From Styela clava (taxonomy: Eukaryota): DNA of 64,000 nucleotides. Location: contig NC_135257.1 in NCBI RefSeq assembly GCF_964204865.1, positions 21,824,001 through 21,888,000 of the forward strand, written 5' to 3'. The translations under genes were made by a program, and so were the position numbers. Under the pieces are notes generated by a model. It was not told the DNA's origin and did no database searches. It was given only the letters and a program-made list of their open reading frames with translations. Every line of letters begins with the position of its first letter. The first letter of the stretch is position 1. Below are positions 53,529 through 64,000 of this stretch, piece by piece.

Positions 53529-53638
53529 GTCGGTCCGGCAGTATTTGTACCAAGATGGCGCACAACCTGAATCCTAACCTGGTACACAACCTGAGTTCAG
53601 GTTGTGCGCCATCTTGGTACACATACTTCGAGAGCACC
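53529..53638. mobile_element. Merlin-like MITE, 110-bp short form
   Basis: Near-palindromic; TSD TAAATTAT/TAAATGAT. Confidence 0.8.
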
Positions 53639-54240
53639 TAAATGATAATGCTGTTTTCTTTTACTAAATAATAATTTCCGTTTTGATTAATAAAGTGGAA
53701 TTGCTTCTGTTCTTCTTTTAGTTTCCCCCTCCTGCTTGAGGATTTTAAAAATGGGCCACAAAATGTTTTGTGCAACAACAGTGGGGAGAAAATGGGCCAC
53801 AAAGAAAAGTTTGGAATTCAGTGCGTTCGGATATACGGTTCCGATCGCCGTTTAAATAGTACAAGCTTCTTATGCAATGTGGCCTCTTACACACAAGTGA
53901 ACCCCACATATGGGGCTTTCAGTTCAATATTTTGTCAACAAATTTTCAGATTAAGCTTTTACAGAAACTATCTATGGGCCTAGCATGATCTGATATAGCT
54001 GTAAAAAGCAAACGTTTCGACTAGACAAGAATGAAATTTGAGAATATAATTGAATTGATTCGGTTTTTAACAAATTTTTGTAATACTTTTGGTAATTTTC
54101 TCAGGTTCGGGTTCGCGGTAATTACTTTTGAACGCTGACATAAATTACCGATCAATAATGAGATTTCCATCAGTATTGTTTTTGAAATTTTGGTCAAAAT
54201 AGGGTCAAGGTAAATAACAGCATGAACAAAGTTAGTGTTG

Positions 54241-54350
54241 GGACCTCCTGAAGTATGCGCACCAAGATGGCGCACAACCTGAACTCAGGTTGTGTACCAG
54301 GTTAGGATTCAGGTTGTGCGACATCTTGATGCGCATACTTCAGGAGTACC
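54241..54350. mobile_element. Merlin-like MITE, 110-bp short form
   Basis: Perfect 8-bp TSD TAGTGTTG. Confidence 0.85.
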
Positions 54351-54689
54351 TAGTGTTGATTCAAGTAGAAATCGACTTTTGCGTGTATAATATAGGTCTC
54401 AAGGCCCACAATTGCTTATAGTGCCAATAAAACGTTTTAGATACCACCAATTGTTACAGCAATATCACAGTTTAAGCGCGTGTAACAATTCAATCATACC
54501 GGTATCTGAATTATACGACCGGTATCGGTCCATTGCGAGCGCTTCCTTCTCCTGGCCCGCGAATATCATTCCGCTCATAGTTTTGATCCTCGGTTAAGCA
54601 AGCACTTTTGCGTGTATAATATAGGTCTCAAGGCCCACGATTGCTTATATTGCCGATAAAACGATTGCAAGCCCCACCAACACTCTGTG

Positions 54690-56010
54690 CGCTACATCTA
54701 GAATTTTTCAATTACAGAAAGGTCTGGGCTTCCACTTAAAGGTTCGAGAGAGCTGGTGAAATAAATGAACGATGGATCGAAGTAAGGTACCCCTATCTAA
54801 GAGGAAAGAGTAGCAATGGGATGGTTGCAAGCGACAACTATCACGCTAAGAGCCTTTTAACGGTTTCCTAAAAGTTTGCTCAAAGTAAGGTCCTGAGCCC
54901 TCAACAAAAAGTAGAAACAGTACTGATGAAAGAATTGCAAGTTCTAGATAGAAGAGTTGCAAGATAGCTCAAACCATGTCCCGTGCCTCAACTAAAATCA
55001 GAAACAGTACTGATGAAATAGTTGCAAGGTCGCAAGCCATGGCCTTCGACTGGAAGATTACTGATAGAAGAGTTGCCAGAGCCACTTCACCTAGGATTTT
55101 TTATCCACAGAAAGGACTGGGCCTCGAGGTTCGAGAGAACTGATGAAAGAGTCGCGAGCTTTTATATGAAGAGGTAAATAAATAAACGATGGCTCAAAGT
55201 AAGGTCCCATTATCCCAACTACTACTAAACTAACTACCCAAGCGACTACTAACACGCTAAGAGTCATGTAGAAGTGTTATGAAAGTTTGCTCAAAGTAAG
55301 TTCCCGAGCAAGTTTGAGTAGAGCAAGTTTCCGTACTGGTACTGATAGAGTTACTAGAGCCACTGCACTTTATGACAGGGGTGGGCAACCTACGGCCCGC
55401 GGGCCGGATTCCGGCCCGCGAAGCTTCACTGAATTATAGTAACAAAACAGCTGTTTTGTCGACTTACGTAACAGAATTTATTTTGAGACACGTGTAGACT
55501 AAATTATATTATAACTTGACAATTATATACTTCACAATTACTATCTTAATGAGCCTGTAATTTAATTATAATTAGACAAATGGCAACAAAACGCAGAAAA
55601 GTTGATGCTAAGTGCAAATGATTTAATGGCGCAGAAAATATTCAAATGATCAGTCTTCGCGCGCTGCTTAACATGTAACTTCTGATCGGTGTGAAAAATT
55701 TGATTCATCGGTCATTCGTTCGGTTTTTAACTTTATAAAAATATGTGCGGCCTGCCAATGACGTGCAACCTTTAATTTTGGCCCACGAGCGACAAAAGGT
55801 TGCCGACCCCTGCTCTATGTGCTTTATCTGGGATTTTTTATTTGCAGAAAGGTCTGGGCCCCCACTTGAAGGTTTGAAAAGAGCTAGTGATCAGCTGCGA
55901 TAGAACCACTAACACGCTAAGAGTCATGTAGTAGTGTTCATAAAAGTTTGCTTAAAGGTTCCGAGCCTTCAACTAAAAGTGGAAAGAGTACTGATAGAAG
56001 AGTTGCAAGT
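54690..56010. repeat. Three diverged tandem units (~300-390 bp), split by a hAT insertion
   Basis: AGAAAGGTCTGGGC-like starts at ~54717, ~55109 and ~55847, with CACGCTAAGAG and AGTACTGAT blocks in each. Confidence 0.7.
55376..55812. mobile_element. hAT (Charlie-like) MITE
   Basis: CAGGGGTGGGCAACCT/AGGTTGCCGACCCCTG; TSD CTTTATGA/CTCTATGT; GGCCCGCGGGCC subterminal motif. Confidence 0.78.
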
Positions 56011-56152
56011 AACCGGTGTATCGCTAAGATATATAGTTTGGATCATCCTTGCTGCAGTCCTTCGCAGTAGATAATTGTTGATATGAGACTCGAGACAATT
56101 CCAGTTAACACCGTGTGGAAACAAATAAAATGTCAATCGCTTTTTTCAAAAC

Positions 56153-56381
56153 GATACTCCCGATATATGTGAACTGAGATGGTGGATACCGGAACGTGGT
56201 ATGTGTACCAGGTTAGGCCATAATTTCCGGTACAAATATTACGGGAGTCACTTGACTGGTCTCCGAACTCGTAATAGAACTAAAGTAAAGAAAAATGGAA
56301 TAAAATTATGGCCTAACCCTAGCTTGGTACACATACTCGTTCTGGTGTCCGCCATCTTGGTGCACATAATACGGGAGTACA
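56153..56381 (+). mobile_element. Merlin-like MITE, long form, degenerate
   Basis: Aligns with 16515-16744; degenerate TSD. Confidence 0.75.
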
Positions 56382-57295
56382 GTCAAAAACATCTCGAAAC
56401 TTCAACGACTTTGAATTCTCACACCCAGTTATCTTAGTTTCTATTTGTGGAATTAGCCCAGAACCTTTCAGCAGCCCCATCTGTAATAATTACCCAAGTT
56501 TTCACAACACATCGCTACTTATTTTAGAATTTAGTGAACTAGCGGGTATTTTCAAAGTATTTAACGACCCCATGTCACCCAAGTATGTGTCGGGTAACCC
56601 AACAGTCGCCCACGTTTGGTAAAATGTCTTCATCACCGCATAATTTGCATTGTTTTGTAATAATGTTACTATTATGTTCTCATAGTTATGTGCACCAAGG
56701 CGTAAACTCAGCTGGGTACTCCAGTATTATTTTTTTAACAATTGCGTCTATGTCGTCATGTTTTGGCGGGAAATGTGAGAGAATTATAGACCACCTCCTT
56801 TGTGAGATAACAATCTACATTCCCGACATATTTCACCGTAGCCTGGCTAAGTTGAAATTCAATACAGAAAGGCGATGATGGATTTAAATTTGGTTCGCTT
56901 TTAAAAAAAATCGGAAAATATAATAAAATTTTGCTTAAATTTTGTTTATTTGTTTATTTATGGCCATACATACGCCAAATATGTCCTACCAAAAATTCGA
57001 AATTCGGTTTACTTCAAAATTCCATTAAATTAAATACATTTATTTCAAATATAAAATAAGTTAAAGCTTGGTGATTATTACAACATTGCAACGTCATAAA
57101 GGAAGTGAAAGAATTTTCGCGCGCTTTAATCCGTGGGAAAATGCACAAATATGCGAATTGAACAATAATATTTATAAATTGAATAAACATCCCGGCAACA
57201 TGCAGAGATAAAGGAAATAACTAGTAATGATCGTGATAGGAAATAAATAAATTGACTTTGTATTATGAAGCTATTAGCAATTGCGTCTCTTATGT

Positions 57296-57616
57296 CAGTG
57301 GTTCCTAAACCGCGGCCCGCGGTCTAATTACGGTCCGCCTAACGATTTAATATGGCCCGCCGAACTTGAGTAAAATAGTTGAACACCAATTTTTTCGCGT
57401 TTTCGATACCACCAATTGTTACGTCATTATCACAGTTATAGATACCACCAATTGTTACGTCATTATCAAAGATTAGCGCGTGTAACAATTCAATTATACC
57501 GGTATCTGAATTATACGACCGGTATCGGTCCATTGCAGGCGCTTCCTTCTCCTGGCCCGTGAATATCATTCCGCTTATAGTTTTGATGCTCGGTTAAGCA
57601 ACTTTGGAAATCACTG
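57296..57616. mobile_element. hAT-like MITE
   Basis: CAGTGGTTCCTAAA/TTTGGAAATCACTG; internal part shared with ~54476-54600. Confidence 0.6.
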
Positions 57617-58692
57617 TCCAGCGGACTTATTCGATAGTTTTAAACCTTATTGGTGTAGCGAAACCCCAATAAAACATTCTAATCAAGAGGCTTAAGGAAT
57701 ACCTGAACCAGGTTCAACTGTCTTTTATTGTCTGGATATTATAAATTATAAAAATATATATAAAAGCAAACGTGATACTGGCAGCATAAAATGATCTTTA
57801 AGGTGTTGCAAATCTAATAATAATGGCAAACCCAATAGATATTCGGCTATGAATAATCAATATATAATATATCGATATAAACTGTCGGATAAACCACTCA
57901 TCTCCCGACCCCAAAGGCCCAACGGAAATGATGTATCAGAAGCCCTAGGATTGAATAAAATTATGTGGCAGTGGCAGGCTGGGAATGGTTACCCGGTTAA
58001 TCGGTTAATCGATTATAGATGTTTAACAGTTACGATTTATTTGAACCGTTAACTGACATCTCAGGTGTAAATCATCTTTATAATGTACAATTTCTTTAAA
58101 AATGATTGCGTCATCGCGTGGCGTTTATTTCAAAAGAATATCACTAACTGTATTGGTAAGGGCTCAATAAATGTGAAAAAAATTGAAGTACCACGATTGA
58201 TGATTATGAAAATTTGACAATGATAAATTCAGAATCAATTTTCGGTCGAAATATATTGTAACAAGCTAAAATTATAATTTATTACGTCAAACTTCACGCT
58301 GCGGTTAACTGGTTAACCGGTTAACTGGCGTTCTCTCATATGATAACTTCTTTTACAACAACATACTTATTATGATATTATTAGAAGGGTTTTATCGAAT
58401 GACTCGGATATGACGTTCGTACTCTGATCCGTAGAAAATGATCTTGCACTTTCCTGTCATGTTTACCCTGTCTGTTTTACAATTCCTAATTTTGGTTATA
58501 CCGACGATCGATAAATATACGGTTTCGCGTTTCCGAAGTACGAGTAAATCTCCCGTAAGCTTATAATGGGTTAATTTTCCTTGCGTGCGTGAGTAAGGTG
58601 AGGGAGGACTGATGGACAAGCCAAATGATAAGAAAGTATATATTTTCTTATATATCGTTTTAATAACTCTTGGTATATCATGGATTGTCATA

Positions 58693-59063
58693 CCTTTACT
58701 CAAAGATGAGTCTTATTTACTTCTGCGTGAGTGCCCATAACTTGGCTCAGAGATGAGTCTACTTTACTTTTGTGTGAGTGCCCGTAACTTTGCTCAGAGA
58801 TGAGTCTTCTTTACTTTTGCGTGAGTGCCCGTGACTTTGCTCAGAGATGAGTCTCCTTTACTTCTAAGTGAGTGCCCGTAACTTTGCTCAGAGATGAGTC
58901 TCCTTTATTTCTGAGTGAGTGCCTGTAACTTTGCTCAGAGATGAGTCTCCTTTATTTCTGAGTGAGTGCCCGTAACTTTGCTCAGAGATGAGTCTCTATT
59001 ATTTGTGAGTGAGTGCTCATAACTTTGGTCATAGATGAGTCTCTTTTACTTTTGAGTGAGTGA
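58693..59063. repeat. 47-bp minisatellite x ~8
   Basis: CAGAGATGAGTCT units start at 58701, 58748, 58795, 58842, 58889, 58936, 58983, 59030. Confidence 0.95.
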
Positions 59064-59353
59064 ACGTAGTGCGTACTACCCTTGTTCGTAGTATAAGCCT
59101 GTGGAAACAAGATTATTTGATACAGGTAAAAAAGCTGACTCATGGAAATGACGGAATCTTAAGATGACATTTAAAATATTGCACCATCGACCGTCATTCC
59201 TCATATATCAATTGATCGCAGCGTCCTTGCAAAGCCGCAAGTATTTGTGTAATGTAGCTCTGCGCATTGTCGATTTCGACAGTTTGATAAATTACGCCCG
59301 GAAATTGTATGCAATCTTTCATATTGAAGACGTTATCGCACACACAAAAAAAG

Positions 59354-59670
59354 CAGGGCTACTCAACTGGCGGACCGCGGTCCGAATCCGGACCTTACAG
59401 GTAATCGATTTGGACCGTGTTTAATTCTTTATTTTGGATCATGAGCCCCACTTTTGAACTTTCCTTTCATAAAATCATTTTCATAGATTTAAATATATAT
59501 GAAAAGGACTATTATGCCACAATAAACAATCATGATTAGCTAATAATCATTTGTCGGATGAGGAAGTGCTCGTTTAGGTATGCCGAAATATGATTTCTGG
59601 AAAGACCGGACCCAAATATTTTTTGAAGTTTTGTATGCGGATCTTCGGTAAAGATAGTTAGGTAGCCCTG
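59354..59670. mobile_element. hAT-like MITE
   Basis: CAGGGCTACTCAACT/AGTTAGGTAGCCCTG TIRs; no clear TSD. Confidence 0.6.
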
Positions 59671-62600
59671 CCTTAGAGCCCACAGAATTTATGAATGAAA
59701 GTGGGTCTCCTGGCGAGAAATACAGCCCCCAAACCACTGAAAAATTTCAAAGCAATTTGCGCAGTAATTAACAAGAACTGCGATATTTTTATGACAACAA
59801 GAAAAAAATTGTTTGGGTTAACGATGGATGGGCAGAACCCCCTTTTGAAACGTAAAAAACAATTCTATATCTACAGAGCGATTTGTCGTAGCTTGAAACG
59901 TTCTTCAAACCTTCATCTCTTGAAACCCCACGTTTTCGGGCCGGATTCGCTAGCCTTGATATAGGCAAAGTACGGCCCGCGGGCAAAATTCGACTCTTTT
60001 GGCAGCGGGCCAAATTCGACTCGTTGGGTTATTAAATCTGGCCGCCTGATACCGCCACAACGAAACTAAAACCGCATTTTGATGTTTTAGCTAAAAGAAT
60101 AACTCAAAGAATTTATCGAGATTGCGATAAAGTTTAGTTTTACACGATGCTTATTGTTTCTAACTTTTGCTTTTGTAACACTGTAAATATTGTTCATAAA
60201 ATGAAACTTTTTACTTCATACCTACATGGCCCGCCAGTCTGGATGAACAAATTTTTTGGCCGGTCGGGATTGCAAAGTCATCTGTTAAGAAAATGTTATT
60301 GTCACTGCAGAGAAAGATGTTTGCTGGTAATTGATAAAATGAGCTTGGCAGATGGGGGTAAATAATAGAATGAAAGTAAAGAACACCTGTTCCAAACTGC
60401 TACTTATATCAACAGAGTGTAGACTCTTTGCAGAGCCTTTTTCGGAGTCAAAATACCAATAAAATGTCGAAACGACGTGAATTTTAACAGCAAATTCGGA
60501 ATTACCGTCACACAGAGTAATCGATCGTAGATTTAGTTACCTCCCACGTCCCACCCATTTAGATCTTGTTTACTAGAATCGAAATATTGCACCATTTGTC
60601 GTCAGCTTTACGATACGCTTAGGCCTTAGGGTGTATATTAGGATGGTTGGTCCAAAGGTTTTTTTATTTGCACAAAACAACAACCGTTTCCAAGGTGAAC
60701 TATGAAGTCATTGATAGATTACATCATAATGACTTTAATGATGAACAATGCTATATACTCAATAACCTTTACTTTATTAAGCTTAGGACACATAGAGGTG
60801 ACTTTAGTCGTAAGTTGTTTTAAAAGGAGAGCCTATTGTGACTTCATCATCTTGTGACGTCACCTGTTCGTTATAGGTTTTCAAAAATGAATTTGTTTGT
60901 ACTGATTTTTGCAGTGTCATTGAGATTTATTACGATATGTATACCTTTCATAGTTTGAACAATAACGTCACCATGGAAACAATGACGTCAGTACTTTAAT
61001 ACACAAAACAATTTTCAGAATTCGAACCCCTCTATTTTTAACAGACCCACGGGGCTCATTACTCAACTAAACCAAAGAAAAGTTTATGCATTCCCTCCCC
61101 TTCCCTATTGTGACATCATCAGTAGCTTACGTCACACCTTTGTAACAAACTCCTAAATTATGCATTCTGGTATAGATTTTCGCGCCATCATTGTTTTTAT
61201 TTTATGCTGTAACAATGATGTGACATCAATCTTTTGTTACGTAAAACAATATGACGGGGGTTTCATAATATCGAATTCGTCGCTGTATAGATTGCACCAC
61301 CTTAGAAATTTCAGAACCTCTCACTCCTGGCTTCGCCTCTGGGTATTATGAGGTCATTTAATCACATCACGTTGCCATAACGAAGTTTCGCAATATTTGC
61401 CAATGTTAACTCTTGAAAGTCTTCTAGTCTGTGTTCTCGATGTTATAGCTTTTATGAGGTAAACAATGAATTCTGATATTTTTTTTATGACTATTGAATC
61501 AAACAATCCGACGCTTTTATGACAAAATAATAAAATTTTATGTAGCGCAGAGACCTCACACAGTGGCACTGATTGTTACACAATAAATATTTTAGGAAAT
61601 TCTCATTATTACGTTAAAATGACCTGGTAATATAACAATAGCATCCTGTATTGTGGTTCTGGCGTTCTTTATAAAAGAGTTACTATTATTCGGAGAATAA
61701 AATATTTACTTTTTGAAATTGCTTACCTAATATAATTGTCAACTTCAATTACCCATTTGGGTGTGGGGACTGGGGAGGAGTTTTTTTTTTTATAGAGTGT
61801 TTTCAGAATTAGGCTCCGAACAAGGCTCAATACAAACAATTACTGATATATAAATGAAAGTGATTCACGAGTCTCTCTGCACACCAACACAAATATATTC
61901 CTGTACGTTTCGTCAGACCAAGGTCTGATCTTGGTTGAACTATGTATGTCTGAGGAATTCTGACTTTGCTTAGACGGAACGTTACAGAAATATATTTGTG
62001 TTCGTGTTATGCAAGGCTCTTGAATCACTTAGGATAGTTATCTTTACTCGTGCTACAGCAACCTTGCATTATACGCATACGAATCCAACAGAGCAAATGC
62101 ATTGGGAAAGGATTGGGAGTTAGTCTCATGCAATTCAGCTAATAATTCTTGTGTATCATTTGCTATTTGTTTACCCTGCAGTGGTTCCCAAAATTGGTTG
62201 ACCACGGGCTAATATTAGAAGCAGAAGAATATTTGCGGGCCAGAAAATCCGCGAAGAGTCGATACCGGTAACGGTAGGTATAATTAAGATACCGAAGAAT
62301 ACCAAACTGGATTGTTATGAATATACACGCGCATAAACTCTGACACTGGCGTAACAATTGGCGGTATGTACAACCCCCCCCCCCCCAACAAAAAAAGTGT
62401 TAAACTATGTCATTTAATATCGGCGGGCCATATTAAATCATTACGCGGTCCCTAATTGTCCTACGAGCGGTTTGGGGAACAAAGGTATACAGACTGGTCC
62501 GGATTTGAGATGTGTGAAAATAGCGCATAAAAAATCAACAGCCTGAAATGGCTTTCTCATACCTAATTATATCATAAAATTTATAAGCCGTGACCATGTC

Positions 62601-64000
62601 CATTTACTAAAGGTGTGGACAGTGCAAATGTGTTTTGAGGTGAATGTTTAGATTGACAATTTGACAATTTTTATGATCCATTTTCATACATATACAAACA
62701 ATGCTCCTGCTCTGCTATTTTTAGAAGATTCGAGTAGAGTGTTATTTTTCCAGTTTCCAATTTATTATAACCAAGGCCGGAGGGGTTGGTCATATTTGCA
62801 AGACTGTTATTCAAAACTGAAATAGAGAGATGAAGTCAAAATCAAAATCTTTGCCAAACTGGAGTTCAAGACGAAGCTAAAGTCGTTTTTTTAAAGAATT
62901 CGGACTCTGATTCCGGATCCGGAGTCGTAATTGAAGTCGGATTTTTTTTGTTATCCAACCACCTCCGTCTTGGAGGAGTCAAAAATTTTGATGACCGCAA
63001 TATCCGTATCCGGAACCGAAGTTAATTTTTAAGTATCTCGCGGAAATCGGGAACTGAACGAATTTTCTTATCTCACAGCCTCTCTCACAAGTATACGCGA
63101 ATTTCACACCAGACGCGTCGACTCGGTGGCCCACTGCAAACTCTCGAGATGACGTCAAGTATGACGTATGCTCTCCACAGCTGGAAGGGAATGGCCATTC
63201 ACTTGCTTTGTTGATATAGTTTCACACCATTTAAAACAGTTAGCAAAATAGTAAAATAAAGTAGAATTTTGATATAATCATTCAATTTGGAAAGTTGATC
63301 TTGATCAAACTACTTGATATTAAAAAGTAACGTCATAATGCAGAGCATGACGTCACAATATAAAATGTCAACGTCATAATATCAAATTTGGGACGAAAAA
63401 TTATTTAACGCTTCCGCGCTCTCAGTGTTGCCATGGCAAAATTTATTGAAAATTTACAACAAACGTGACATAGTACAAAATATGACGACCAAATACTGAG
63501 AAAGACAGGATCATGATACACTTTTAAGTCGGGGCGCGATCTGGCAGGATACTCAATATTGCAGTGTTTTTGACGATCAATTCTACTGAGTCTAATTTGA
63601 TTCTGGACCAGGACTTCGTGTAGACAGAATTTGGACTTTTATGTTTGAATGTTTCAATCAATTACAAAAATATCACACTACAGCTCTATGACTTACTCCT
63701 CTTACTTTTCTTTTTTTCATTATCTCACTCTTTCTCTCCGGAGCATCTTGACCCCGGGCAAGTATGCGCGGAATCTTTTTCAACTGTGAACGAGGGTTGA
63801 TACAATAGTTACAATTCCCATGAATTTTCGACCGAGCAAAAAAAAAAAAATTAAATCGAGTCAATTCCCAATTCCACTTCGGTCCAGATTGAAACAAACT
63901 GGGAAACTGGGTTGGACACTGTTCAATGTGTCCTCGATAGACAATCCCAATAACTATTTTCGTCTTGGGGGAAACTGAACTATTACATTTAGTTCAAGAT

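Noticed and set aside
58693-59063. CRISPR-like regular repeats
   Set aside because: The whole 47-bp unit repeats with no unique spacers, there are no cas genes, and the context is eukaryotic; it is a minisatellite.
63697-63783. Possible minus-strand exon (cacag...gtaagt, open frame)
   Set aside because: Splice-like ends but no recognisable protein or partner exons; needs RNA-seq.

Overview
AT-rich eukaryotic (animal-like) DNA. I see no intact protein-coding gene, and nearly all ORFs in the track look spurious. The functional core is a Pol III locus: five identical tRNA-Asp(GTC) genes at 19.4-22.6 kb in diverged duplicated units, a relic of a sixth copy, and one tRNA-Leu(CAG) gene at 25.4 kb. 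All five tRNA-Asp genes carry a shared upstream block ending exactly at -28. Between copies 4 and 5 is an ~800-bp insertion: an intronless, frameshifted SmG (SNRPG) retrocopy joined through an A10 tract to a LINE-like 3' end (CCHC-like remnant, AATAAA, (ATTG)n tail), probably a template-switch chimera. The rest is a dense, often nested mosaic of short non-autonomous transposons: Merlin-like MITEs (8-bp TSD), MULE-like MITEs (9-bp TSD), several hAT families (one retaining the transposase N-terminal Zn finger), Helentron/DINE-1-like HINEs and SINE/LINE fragments. There are also minisatellites, local duplications and candidate enhancer motif clusters. A marine invertebrate such as an ascidian is my impression only and is not verified.
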